Assembly (NCBI RefSeq): GCF_000270205.1
Contig: NC_015913.1
Span: forward strand, 600,001-632,000
Reading direction: 5' to 3'
Length of the DNA stretch: 32,000 bases
Source: Candidatus Arthromitus sp. SFB-mouse-Japan
GTDB lineage: Bacteria > Bacillota > Clostridia > Clostridiales > Clostridiaceae
Positions 15,114 to 24,241 of the stretch are shown here, one piece after another (the stretch's first letter is position 1; each line of letters opens with the position of its first letter). Under the pieces are notes generated by a model, which ran no database searches, had not been told where the DNA came from, and was given only the letters and a program-made list of their open reading frames with translations. Both the position numbers and the translations under genes were made by a program.

Positions 15114-16331
15114 ATGGTTTTTATATTAAAAAGGGTTTTGATCCTAGTATTTTTGGGTTTGTTTACTTTGGGTTCTTGCTCATATTACTATAAGAAAGAT
15201 GAAACATATATTTCAGTGAAAGTTAGTGAGCCAGATGAAATATTAGAGAGAATAAATGCTATGAGTTTAGATGAGAAGATTGGGCAATTATTTATAGTTG
15301 GATTTGATGGTGGATCATATTTAACTCAAGAGGATATTTCTCTTATAAGAGATTATAAAGTTTCTGGATTTATATTTTTTAGGAGAAATATTCAAACTTC
15401 TGATCAGGTTGTTAAACTTATTAATGAAATTAAGAGTGTTAATAATGCAGAATGTACTGTTCCGATGTTTCTTTCATTAGATCAGGAAGGTGGGACTGTC
15501 ACAAGACTTCCTGATGAAATTATTAAATTTAATCGTGCACATGATATTGGAAAATTAAATGATGAAAATTATGCTTATGATGTTGCGAAGCTTATGGGTG
15601 AGATAATACATAGTTTAGGGTTTAATATGAATTTTGCTCCAGTTTTAGATGTATATACTAATTCTGAAAATATGGTTATCGGATCAAGATCTTTTTCTTC
15701 GGATAAGGAAGTTGTTGCGAAATTGGGAATAGCTACTATGAACGGACTTAAAGATAATGGCATTATTGCTGTAGGAAAACATTACCCAGGTCATGGAGAT
15801 ACGAAAGAGGATTCTCATTATGAATTGCCTGTACTTGATCATGATTATGAGAGAGTGAAGGGTGTTGAGATTTATCCGTTTAAAATGGCTATAGAAAATG
15901 GTATTGATTCAATTTTAGTATCACATTTATTTTATAAAAATATTGATCCAGAGAATATTGTTACTCTGTCTAAAGTTTTTTTGTATGATATACTTAGGAA
16001 AGATTTAAAATTTAGAGGGCTTGTTATAACAGATGATATGATAATGAAAGGACTTACTAACCATATTTCTATTCCTGAAGCTTGTTTTGAAGCTTTTAAG
16101 GCTGGTGTTGATGTGTTACTTATTGGATCAGGATATCAAAATATCGTAGAATCTATTAATTATATTAAACAATCAGTTTTAAACGGGAAAATTCAGGAGT
16201 TTGAAATCGATAGGAAATTGTATAATATTTTAAGGATTAAACAAAAGTATAATGTAAATAATGACAGTGTATCAAGGATTAATGTTAATGAATTCAATGA
16301 TAAAATAAGAAGTTTAATAGATAAAAATTAA
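15114..16331 (+). CDS. nagZ: Glycoside hydrolase family 3 beta-N-acetylhexosaminidase (NagZ-like), probable lipoprotein
   Basis: The GH3 N-terminal domain motifs LSLDQEGGTVTRL, GFNMNFAPVLDV and GKHYPGHGDTKEDSH are present. The N-terminus MVFILKRVLILVFLGLFTLGSC has a lipobox-like LGSC. The Shine-Dalgarno sequence AGGGAG (15108-15113) abuts the ATG, so the exact start is uncertain. Confidence 0.85.
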   Translation: MVFILKRVLILVFLGLFTLGSCSYYYKKDETYISVKVSEPDEILERINAMSLDEKIGQLFIVGFDGGSYLTQEDISLIRDYKVSGFIFFRRNIQTSDQVVKLINEIKSVNNAECTVPMFLSLDQEGGTVTRLPDEIIKFNRAHDIGKLNDENYAYDVAKLMGEIIHSLGFNMNFAPVLDVYTNSENMVIGSRSFSSDKEVVAKLGIATMNGLKDNGIIAVGKHYPGHGDTKEDSHYELPVLDHDYERVKGVEIYPFKMAIENGIDSILVSHLFYKNIDPENIVTLSKVFLYDILRKDLKFRGLVITDDMIMKGLTNHISIPEACFEAFKAGVDVLLIGSGYQNIVESINYIKQSVLNGKIQEFEIDRKLYNILRIKQKYNVNNDSVSRINVNEFNDKIRSLIDKN

Positions 16332-16419
16332 TAGAAAAATAATATATTTACAAAAAATTCAAATTGTGTTATGATTAACTCATGTCATTGTCATAGTGTT
16401 TTTAAAAGAGGTGAGTTAA

Positions 16420-17004
16420 TTGGCAGTTAAAAGGGAATGGACAGATAGTGAAAAACAAAGTCTTTTAGAACATGTAACTGAGTGTAAGAAGAAAAATATA
16501 ACTATTAAAGATGCGGCGAAACTTTTTTCAAATATGTATCCATATATTACACCAGGGCAGGCTAGGGTTTATTATTATAAATTAATTAATGAAACAGAAA
16601 ATTTTAGAAAGAGATATCTTCAAAGAGTATGGACTAATGAGGAGAATAATATATTATTTGATTATGTGGCAGAGTTTAAAAATAAGAGAAAGATAGAAAT
16701 ATTTGATATGTTATCTGTTAAGCTCAATAGGCATCCAAAAGCTATAGCATCACATTATTATTCTTTGAAAAACAATAGTTATAGGAAAAATGTAAAGTAT
16801 TATTCACAAATAATAAATAATACAAGTCCAAGTAATTTTGGTACTTTGTTTTTTAAAATTAGCAAGATACATGAAATTTATGAAAAGGCTTTAGAGATTG
16901 AATCAATTTTACATAAAGAAGAATCGATCATTGAATTAAAAGTACAATTAAGTGAGGTTTGCAGCAGGATTAATAGTATAGAGCGAAAGATTGTATCTTT
17001 TTAA
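16420..17004 (+). CDS. Myb/SANT-like DNA-binding protein with two repeats (RsfA-like), C-terminal coiled coil
   Basis: It has two Myb-like units (REWTDSEKQSLLEHV...ARVYYYKL and RVWTNEENNILFDYV...IASHYYSL). The C-terminus is helical (ELKVQLSEVCSRINSIERKI). The start is a TTG after the Shine-Dalgarno sequence AGAGGTGA. Confidence 0.5.
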   Translation: MAVKREWTDSEKQSLLEHVTECKKKNITIKDAAKLFSNMYPYITPGQARVYYYKLINETENFRKRYLQRVWTNEENNILFDYVAEFKNKRKIEIFDMLSVKLNRHPKAIASHYYSLKNNSYRKNVKYYSQIINNTSPSNFGTLFFKISKIHEIYEKALEIESILHKEESIIELKVQLSEVCSRINSIERKIVSF

Positions 17005-17016
17005 TAAGTGTTTTTT

Positions 17017-17060
17017 AAAACTTCTAGTTTAAAATTTACTAGAAGTTTTGTTATTTGTTT
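17017..17060 (+). terminator. Rho-independent terminator
   Basis: A perfect 12-bp stem joins aaaacttctagt (17017-17028) and actagaagtttt (17038-17049). T-rich sequence follows. Confidence 0.65.
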
Positions 17061-17149
17061 AAAAGTTAATTGACTAAAATACTTATATGTAATAGAATTG
17101 TTTTGTAAATGTTGAACATTTTAAGTATTAGTACGAGGAAGTGTAAATT

Positions 17150-17365
17150 ATGAAAAAAGTAGATATTTGCGAGAGTAATTTTGCTTTGGGCACAGATAAA
17201 GTTGTAGAAGAATTAGAAAAGTCACAAGAATTTGAAGTTGAAGTTCACGGCTGTTTAGGTCATTGTGGAGAATGTTGTGAAACTCTTTTTGTTTTATTGG
17301 ATGGTGAAATGATTTCAGCAGATTCACCAGAAAAATTACTTGATGAAATAAATAATAACAAATAA
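17150..17365 (+). CDS. DUF1450 (YuzB-like) small Cys-rich protein
   Basis: The 71-aa product carries VDICESNF...VEVHGCLGHCGECCETLFVLLDGEMI. This matches the YuzB-family pattern (C..N near the N-terminus, then GCL.HCG.C). Confidence 0.7.
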   Translation: MKKVDICESNFALGTDKVVEELEKSQEFEVEVHGCLGHCGECCETLFVLLDGEMISADSPEKLLDEINNNK

Positions 17366-17449
17366 CATAATTTTATTTTAATTGTTAACAATATAAATAG
17401 GTACGAAAGTTTAAAATAGGGAGGTGTATTCCTTTTTAGGATAATTATT

Positions 17450-17728
17450 ATGGTGAATGAAGATAAAGATAAAGAATTATTAAATGATGAAGAATTTGAA
17501 CATGAACCAGTGTTTGTTGAATTTGAAGACGAGAACCAAAACACTATAAGGTGTGAGGTTATTGATGGATTTGAATACAAAGATAAAAATTATTGTGTTG
17601 TTCATAATGATGAGGATGGTTCGTCATATGTTTTTAGATTGACTGACGATGATGAGTTAGTTGTACCAGAGGAAAAAGAGTTCGAAGAAGTTGCCGCTTA
17701 TTATGATAGCATGATAGAGGAAGATTAA
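17450..17728 (+). CDS. DUF1292 family acidic protein
   Basis: The 92-aa product is very acidic. The core FVEFEDENQNTIRCEVIDGFEYKDKNYCVV...YVFRL...ELVVPEEKEFEEV matches the DUF1292 pattern. A weak terminator hairpin lies at 17739-17770. Confidence 0.7.
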   Translation: MVNEDKDKELLNDEEFEHEPVFVEFEDENQNTIRCEVIDGFEYKDKNYCVVHNDEDGSSYVFRLTDDDELVVPEEKEFEEVAAYYDSMIEED

Positions 17729-17787
17729 GAACTTTTTTAGGTGTCCTTATTTTAGGGGCACTTTTATTTTACATATTGGGGGATTAA

Positions 17788-18432
17788 ATGAAGTTTGCAA
17801 TATTTGATGTTGATTTAACATTGACAAAGAAAGATACATTTATTGAATTTTATAAATTTTTATGTAAAGAGGATAAGCGGTTTTATGCTTATTTTAATAA
17901 GGCTATTTTTTCAGGTTTGATGTATGTACTTAAAATATATGATGAGAAAAAATCTAAGGAGCAATATTTATCTTTTTTGAACGGGATTCGTGAAGACGTT
18001 TTAAATAGATTTGCGAGAAAATTTTTTTATGAGTATTTGATAAATGAACTTATTTACAGGGATGCTATAATTGAAATTGAAAAGCGTAAGAGTGAAGGAT
18101 ATGTTATAATTTTAATTTCAGCTTCTCCTGAATTTTATTTAAAATACTTTAATGAATTGAGTTGTATTGATTATGTTTTGGGGACAAGATATGAAATTAT
18201 AAATGGATTTTATACGGGTAAGATGATAGGCTTTAATAATAAAGGTAGGGAAAAAGTTTTTAGATTTCGAGAGCTTTTGTTTGAAGAGAAGATAAGGAAT
18301 TATGATTTTGATAGTTCAATAATGTATTCGGATTCTCTACATGACCTCCCTATGTTTAGTATTGTTGGGACTGGTTTTTTGATAAATAGTAATAAAAGGG
18401 TAGATAAATTAATTAATTTGAATTGGAATTAG
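17788..18432 (+). CDS. HAD-superfamily hydrolase, subfamily IB (SerB-like fold)
   Basis: Motif I FAIFDVDLTLT (DxDxT) is present, followed by a helical cap region. Motif II ILISASP and the C-terminal YSDSLHDLPMF (D..D) are also present. Confidence 0.75.
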   Translation: MKFAIFDVDLTLTKKDTFIEFYKFLCKEDKRFYAYFNKAIFSGLMYVLKIYDEKKSKEQYLSFLNGIREDVLNRFARKFFYEYLINELIYRDAIIEIEKRKSEGYVIILISASPEFYLKYFNELSCIDYVLGTRYEIINGFYTGKMIGFNNKGREKVFRFRELLFEEKIRNYDFDSSIMYSDSLHDLPMFSIVGTGFLINSNKRVDKLINLNWN

Positions 18433-19232
18433 TGGAGATGGAATTTAAGTTTAAGAAATTTTTGTTTAATGGTGAGTTAATATCTGAGACAGAATTTAAA
18501 GATTATTATGAGTATCATAAGAAGAACGTTTATGAAGTTATTAGAATTATAAATTCAAAAATATTGTTTTTGAATGATCATATAAGTAGGCTTAGTAATT
18601 CGATTTTGTTAATGTATGGAAATAAAATTAATTTAGATGATTTAATTCCAAATATAGAGAAAGTTATACAAGAAAATGAAATTTTTAATGGTAATATAAA
18701 GATTGAATTTATATTTAAGGATGATAAGGTTAATATATACATTTATCCTATTAGTTTTTATTATCCTGATACACGGTTTGGGGTAACAAGTGTTACACTT
18801 AACATTGAGAGGGATAATCCATATATAAAATCTTATAATTATAGTTTGAAGAAGAAGATGGAAAAGTCTATTGAAGATAATGGTGTGTATGAGGTTTTGT
18901 TGGTTAATAAAGATGGTTTAATTACTGAAGGGAGTAGGAGTAATATATATTTTATTAAAGATGATAGTTTTTTTACTGCACCAATTCATATGGTTTTGAA
19001 TGGAGTTACTCGTATCAATGTAAATAAGATTATACGAAACTTAGGCTTTAATTTATTTGAGAATGCTGTTCATGTTGACGATATAGATAAGTTTGATGCT
19101 TGTTTTCTTACAAGTACGTCGTCAAATGTTTTGTCTATAAATAGAATTAATGATATTCAAATTAATTCGTCTGAAAATAAATATTTAAATATGGTTAGTT
19201 CTTCCTTTGAAAAATATTTAAAAAAAATATAA
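18423..19232 (+). CDS. Class IV aminotransferase family protein (PabC/Dat/IlvE-like)
   Basis: YEVIRIINSKILFLNDHISRLSNS is the fold-type IV N-terminal motif. IKSYNYSLKK holds the candidate catalytic Lys. EGSRSNIYFIKDDSFFTAP....LNGVTR is the C-terminal motif. The track's TTG start overlaps the HAD gene by 10 nt; GTG 18432 and ATG 18438 are alternative starts. Confidence 0.75.
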   Translation: MELVEMEFKFKKFLFNGELISETEFKDYYEYHKKNVYEVIRIINSKILFLNDHISRLSNSILLMYGNKINLDDLIPNIEKVIQENEIFNGNIKIEFIFKDDKVNIYIYPISFYYPDTRFGVTSVTLNIERDNPYIKSYNYSLKKKMEKSIEDNGVYEVLLVNKDGLITEGSRSNIYFIKDDSFFTAPIHMVLNGVTRINVNKIIRNLGFNLFENAVHVDDIDKFDACFLTSTSSNVLSINRINDIQINSSENKYLNMVSSSFEKYLKKI

Positions 19233-19248
19233 TATAATAAAATATTCT

Positions 19249-19293
19249 AGGCTATTTGTGAAATAATAAAAACAAATAGCCTTGAGTTTTTTT
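19249..19293 (+). terminator. Rho-independent terminator
   Basis: A perfect 11-bp stem joins aggctatttgt (19249-19259) and acaaatagcct (19272-19282). The tail tgagttttttt follows. Confidence 0.7.
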
Positions 19294-19344
19294 GTATGTT
19301 TTTGAGATGAATGGGAGTTTATTAAAAGGAGGTCAGTTGTTTTA

Positions 19345-19821
19345 ATGTTTAGGAGTAAGCTTTTGATGTTTAAAGTCGGTAATAGTAAATATGCGTGTAA
19401 TATAAAAGACGTTGATAGGATTATTAAATATGAAAATTTGACGCATGTACCATCAAATCAACCAAGTTTTGAAGGGTTTTATAATCATGAGGGAAGAGTT
19501 ATAAAGATATTTAATTTGTCTAAAAGATTTGGTGTAGAAGATGATCATTCTGTAGATTTAGCACATAAAAAAATAATTATTGTAAAGGATGAGGATATAT
19601 TAGTTGGTATAGTTGTTGATGAGGTTCTAGAGGTTTTTAATTATGGAGATTCAAGTATTAAGACAGAAATTAAGGATGAACTCAATACAATTAAGAAGGA
19701 AAAAGGAAAGTCTATAGATTTACATTATGTTAAAGATATGATTTTGCTAAATGGTGAAATTATTATATATATTTCGATAACCAAAATAATTGCAATAGAA
19801 TTGGAAGAGAGTGATTTATAG
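19345..19821 (+). CDS. cheW: CheW-like chemotaxis coupling protein (longer paralog)
   Basis: The CheW domain pattern is clear: LLMFKVGNSKYACNIKDVDRII...HVPSNQPSFEGFYNHEGRVIKIFNLSKRFG...IIIVKDEDILVGIVVDEVLEV. Confidence 0.8.
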   Translation: MFRSKLLMFKVGNSKYACNIKDVDRIIKYENLTHVPSNQPSFEGFYNHEGRVIKIFNLSKRFGVEDDHSVDLAHKKIIIVKDEDILVGIVVDEVLEVFNYGDSSIKTEIKDELNTIKKEKGKSIDLHYVKDMILLNGEIIIYISITKIIAIELEESDL

Positions 19822-19826
19822 ATTTT

Positions 19827-20318
19827 ATGGATACAAATGTAAATGTTGGAATCGGAGATGTAAGAGTTGGAACATATCCAATGATTTTAGAAACAAGAGG
19901 TTTAGGATCATGTGTTGGAGTTACAATGTATGATCCGACAAAGAAGATAGGTGGTTTAGCACATATTATGCTACCAAATTCTAATCCAGATGAAACATTA
20001 ACAGATTTGACAAAATTGAGGTATGCTAATTATGCTCTACCTTTTATGGTTGGGAAGATGATATTTATGGGTTGTTCTAAAGAAAACATAGTTGGGAAAT
20101 TAGTTGGAGGAGCCTCAATGTTTAGAAAAAAGTCTCCAACTCTTGATATAGGAAAGAAAAATATTGAGGCAGTTAAACAGTTTTTTCATGAAAATTCATT
20201 GTCTATTGTAAGTGAACACATTGAAGGGGTAGTGGGAAGAAGTTTATTTTTTGATTTGAATAGTGGTAAAGTCATTATAAAAATTTATGGGAAAGATAGG
20301 CAAGAATTTGAAATATAG
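19827..20318 (+). CDS. cheD: Chemoreceptor glutamine deamidase CheD
   Basis: The motif TRGLGSCVGVTMYDPTKKIGGLAHIMLP carries the catalytic Cys/His context of CheD. The 163-aa length fits. Confidence 0.9.
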   Translation: MDTNVNVGIGDVRVGTYPMILETRGLGSCVGVTMYDPTKKIGGLAHIMLPNSNPDETLTDLTKLRYANYALPFMVGKMIFMGCSKENIVGKLVGGASMFRKKSPTLDIGKKNIEAVKQFFHENSLSIVSEHIEGVVGRSLFFDLNSGKVIIKIYGKDRQEFEI

Positions 20319-21321
20319 AGATCAAATTATAAAAACAAAACTTATTATATATGATGAATCAAATTTAATGAGAAAACTTGTATATGACAGATTGGCTAAG
20401 GACGCTGGAATAAATATTATAGATATTTTTGATGATTATGATGAAATGAAAAATTTCATCTTGGGTTCAGGCATTGTATTAGATGTAATAATTTTGAATC
20501 AATCGTTTTATGAGAATGGAGATTTTATTAAATATTTATTAGATTTAAAAAATTTTGCTGTTAATTTAATAGTAATATCGAATCTTGATGACAGTACAAT
20601 TTCATTTATAGAGCGAACTGTAGGAGCTGAAAAATTAATATTTATAAGATGTTTAAATAAATCAGGATTAAAAGATATTTTTGACATAAAAGAAAAATTG
20701 ATAGATGTAGTCTATGGAATAAAAAATAGCCGTATTAAGCGTGCTATATTTGATGTGCAAAAAGCTATAGTAATTGCATCATCAACGGGTGGACCAAAAG
20801 TGTTAGAATATATATTTGGGAATTTGGAAACCAAAATAGATATGCCTGTATTTATAGTTCAACATATGCCAGAAGGTCATACGAAACACTTTGTTGATAG
20901 ATTGGGTGAACTTTGTAGTTACAAAGTTTGTGAAGGGAAAAATGGAGAAATTGCAATGGCTAATGTGGTTTATGTTGCACCAAGTGGTTATCATATGGAA
21001 ATTGACAACAAAAAACAGATTAATTTAAACGGTAACAAACCATTAAATAATGTTAGACCATCTGCTGATGCTTTGTTTTGTTCAGCATCTAAGATTTATA
21101 AAAAAGGTCTTTTAGGAATAGTACTAACTGGAATGGGTAGAGATGGTTCTGATGGAATTAGGTATATAAAAATAAATGGAGGGATTACTATAGCTCAAGA
21201 TGAGGGAAGTAGCACTGTTTTTGGAATGCCTAAATCAGCAATTGAAACTGGAATGGTAGATAAAGTTTTATCAAAAGATGAAATATTATTTGAGATTGTT
21301 AAACATTCAGGTAAACTATAG
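20287..21321 (+). CDS. cheB: Protein-glutamate methylesterase CheB with an atypical receiver domain
   Basis: The catalytic domain motifs are intact: VIASSTGGP (Ser), FIVQHMPEGHT (His) and VLTGMGRDGSDG (Asp). The N-terminal REC-like domain reads KLIIYDESNLMRK...LDVIILNQSF, with Asn where the phospho-acceptor Asp is expected. The start is uncertain: the ATG at 20287 has no Shine-Dalgarno sequence, and the in-frame TTG at 20308 is an alternative. Confidence 0.85.
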   Translation: MGKIGKNLKYRDQIIKTKLIIYDESNLMRKLVYDRLAKDAGINIIDIFDDYDEMKNFILGSGIVLDVIILNQSFYENGDFIKYLLDLKNFAVNLIVISNLDDSTISFIERTVGAEKLIFIRCLNKSGLKDIFDIKEKLIDVVYGIKNSRIKRAIFDVQKAIVIASSTGGPKVLEYIFGNLETKIDMPVFIVQHMPEGHTKHFVDRLGELCSYKVCEGKNGEIAMANVVYVAPSGYHMEIDNKKQINLNGNKPLNNVRPSADALFCSASKIYKKGLLGIVLTGMGRDGSDGIRYIKINGGITIAQDEGSSTVFGMPKSAIETGMVDKVLSKDEILFEIVKHSGKL

Positions 21322-21347
21322 AGTATTTTTCAAATGAGGTATTGATA

Positions 21348-22118
21348 ATGTATGATATTAACAGGATTCATGACTATGTTTATAAGGAATTTAATATAAG
21401 ATTAGATGCGTATAAATCTGTTCAAATGAACCGCAGAATTGAAAATTTTATTTCAAAGTTGGAATTTAATACAACAAGTGATTTTATAAGAGAATGTAGT
21501 ATAGATAAGCATTTGCGGGAGGATTTTTTAGATTTAATAACAATAAATGTGACACAGTTTTTTCGAAACTCAGATATATTTTTTAGATTAGAGGAATTAT
21601 TTAAAAAATATATACCTAAAAGAGATGTTTATAGGATTTGGAGTAGTGCTTGTTCCAATGGTTCAGAAGCTTATTCTGTAGCTATGATACTTGAGAATAT
21701 CAATATGCCTAATTATGAAATATTAGCAACAGATATTGATAAAAAGATGTTAAATTATGCAGAAAAGGCTATTTATACAACATATGATTTGCGCAATGTT
21801 TCATCAGAGTATATAGATAAATATTTTAATTTTTTCAATGATAAATTTAAAGTTAAAGATTTTATAAGAAATAAGATAGAATTTATACGGCATGATTTAA
21901 TACTAGATTATTTTCCTAGTTGTTTTGATTTGATACTATGCAGAAATGTTGTTATATATTTTACTAAGGATGAGAAAATGAAGATATATAATAAGTTTTA
22001 TGATTCACTGAATAATAATGGGGTTGTTTTTATAGGGGCTACAGAAAATATTTATGATTACAAACAAATTGGTTTTAATAAATTAGGTACATTTTTTTAT
22101 CAGAAGGTGGTGAAATAA
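21348..22118 (+). CDS. cheR: Chemotaxis protein methyltransferase CheR
   Basis: ITINVTQFFRN and the SAM-binding motif RIWSSACSNGSEAYSVAMIL are present, as is ILCRNVVIYF. The ORF track starts at TTG 21342, only 2 nt after GAGG. The ATG at 21348 has normal spacing. Confidence 0.9.
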   Translation: MYDINRIHDYVYKEFNIRLDAYKSVQMNRRIENFISKLEFNTTSDFIRECSIDKHLREDFLDLITINVTQFFRNSDIFFRLEELFKKYIPKRDVYRIWSSACSNGSEAYSVAMILENINMPNYEILATDIDKKMLNYAEKAIYTTYDLRNVSSEYIDKYFNFFNDKFKVKDFIRNKIEFIRHDLILDYFPSCFDLILCRNVVIYFTKDEKMKIYNKFYDSLNNNGVVFIGATENIYDYKQIGFNKLGTFFYQKVVK

Positions 22119-22119
22119 A

Positions 22120-24222
22120 TTGGATGTTTCACAATACTTGTCAATGTTTCTTGAAGAGTCTATGGAAAATTTATCAAAATTAAATGATTCTCTATTAGAA
22201 CTTGAGCAAAAGCCAGATAATTTAGAAGTTGTTAATGAGATATTTAGAGTTAGTCATACAATTAAAGGAATGTCCGCAACAATGGGATACATGAAAATGT
22301 CTGAATTAACTCATAAGATGGAAGATGTTTTATCTAAATTCAGAGATGGTACTCTTAAAGTTAATAGAGATGTTGTTACGCTTTTGTTTAAATGTCTTGA
22401 TACATTGGAATCTATGATTAATAACATAAGTGATGGTAATAATGATGAAATGGATATTGAGGCTATTGTTGTGGATTTAGCTGGAATTTTGGAAGATAAA
22501 CCAATTGAGAACATAAATGAAACCATAGAGGAAAAGTTGAAACTTGAAGATCATCACATGAATATTATAAATATAGATAAAACTCCTTATTTTGTTTATG
22601 AGATAAAAATTGTTTTAGCTGATACTGTTTTGTTAAAAACTGCAAGAGTATTTATATTTTTTAGAGAGATAGAAAAGTATGGAGATATTATTCATACATT
22701 ACCATCTACCCAAGATATTGAAACAGAAAATTTTGATTTAGAAGTTGACATACTTTATGTAACTATGATGGCCAAAGAGAAACTTCAGGATATTATAAAA
22801 CATATTTCTGAGATAAAGAAGGTTGCTATAAAAGAAATAAATTCTGACAATGTTAAGAAATCTTACGGTAATGAAGTATTTATAAATCTTGAAGAGGCTT
22901 CAGAGAATTTAAAAAATAATATTAAGAGTGATGATGCAAAATCTGAAGAGATATCTCAGGTAAAAAATAACAGAGTAGTTAATGAAGAAAATATAAATAA
23001 AGTTCAAATAAATGCAAATAATAAGGATGTAACTAAAGAAAAGGCGTCTAAATCTAAACAATCTATGTCGATTAAGAAAGGGACACAATCTGTTAGGGTT
23101 GATTTGGATAGATTAGACATGGTTATGAATATGGTGTCAGAGCTTGTGATTCACAGAACAAGGCTTGAGCAGATTAGTAATACATATAATTCTTCAGAGT
23201 TGAATGAAACGCTTGAACAAATTGCTCGGTCTACATCAGAATTACAAGACTTAGTTATGAAAATTAGAATGTTACCATTAGAAGTTGTGTTTAATAGATT
23301 TCCTAGAATGATAAGGGATTTATCTCTAGAACTTAATAAGGATATACAATTCATTATTGAGGGAGCGAGTACTGAACTTGATAGAACTGTTATTGATGAG
23401 ATCGGGGAACCTCTTATACATCTTCTAAGGAATGCAGTAGATCATGGGATAGAAACTAAAGAGAAAAGAGTTGAAGCTGGGAAGAATCCAACAGGGCAAA
23501 TACAACTATATGCTTATCAGGAAGGTACTAAGGCCGTAATTAAAATACGAGATGATGGAAAGGGTTTAGATGTTGATAAGATTAAAGCTAAGGCTGAAAA
23601 GGTCGGTATAAGTACTAATGGAATGTCTGATACAGATATAAAAAATTTGATTTTTTTAGAAGGGTTTAGTACTAATGATAAGGTTACAGATATTTCAGGT
23701 AGAGGGGTTGGTATGGATGTTGTTAAGACAAAAATATCATCTCTTGGTGGAACGATAGATCTTCAAAGTGAAGTGGGTAAAGGATCAACTTTTGTAATAA
23801 AATTGCCATTAACTTTACAAATAATTAAAGCTTTACTTGTTAAAGTTAATGGTGAAACTATGGCGATATCATTAGGTTTTGTAGATAGTGTTATAAATTG
23901 GAAAGAAGATTTGATAAAGAAGAGTAATAATAAGGAAGTTTTATCTTATAGAGATGAGATTATTCCGCTTATACGAATGTCTAAGAAGTTTAGTTTAGAT
24001 AGTGGAATATGTAATTTAAACAATGAGAGTAGTTATATAATTGTTGCTAAAGTTGGAGAAAAAATTGCTGCTCTTTTGGTAGATGATCTTCTTGGTCAGC
24101 AAGAGATAGTAATAAAAAATTTAGGAAAAAGCTTACAAGGATTAAAAGAGTATATAGGAGCAACAATATTGGGAGATGGCCTTGTTACCCTTATAGTCGA
24201 TGTAGCATCAATTATATCTTGA
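22120..24222 (+). CDS. cheA: Chemotaxis histidine kinase CheA
   Basis: The HPt motif is FRVSHTIKGMSATMG and the dimerisation region is VRVDLDRLDMVMNMVSELVI. The HATPase motifs are HLLRNAVDHGIE, DDGKGLD and GRGVGMDVV. A C-terminal CheW-like domain is present. The TTG start lies 9 nt after AAGGTGG. Confidence 0.95.
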   Translation: MDVSQYLSMFLEESMENLSKLNDSLLELEQKPDNLEVVNEIFRVSHTIKGMSATMGYMKMSELTHKMEDVLSKFRDGTLKVNRDVVTLLFKCLDTLESMINNISDGNNDEMDIEAIVVDLAGILEDKPIENINETIEEKLKLEDHHMNIINIDKTPYFVYEIKIVLADTVLLKTARVFIFFREIEKYGDIIHTLPSTQDIETENFDLEVDILYVTMMAKEKLQDIIKHISEIKKVAIKEINSDNVKKSYGNEVFINLEEASENLKNNIKSDDAKSEEISQVKNNRVVNEENINKVQINANNKDVTKEKASKSKQSMSIKKGTQSVRVDLDRLDMVMNMVSELVIHRTRLEQISNTYNSSELNETLEQIARSTSELQDLVMKIRMLPLEVVFNRFPRMIRDLSLELNKDIQFIIEGASTELDRTVIDEIGEPLIHLLRNAVDHGIETKEKRVEAGKNPTGQIQLYAYQEGTKAVIKIRDDGKGLDVDKIKAKAEKVGISTNGMSDTDIKNLIFLEGFSTNDKVTDISGRGVGMDVVKTKISSLGGTIDLQSEVGKGSTFVIKLPLTLQIIKALLVKVNGETMAISLGFVDSVINWKEDLIKKSNNKEVLSYRDEIIPLIRMSKKFSLDSGICNLNNESSYIIVAKVGEKIAALLVDDLLGQQEIVIKNLGKSLQGLKEYIGATILGDGLVTLIVDVASIIS

Positions 24223-24241
24223 AAAATGGGAGGAGAGAGGT

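Noticed and set aside
17260-17580. 106-aa minus-strand ORF spanning DUF1450, the intergenic region and DUF1292
   Set aside because: It is antisense to two family-recognisable genes and their intergenic region, and its product is Ser/Asn/Leu-rich and low in complexity.
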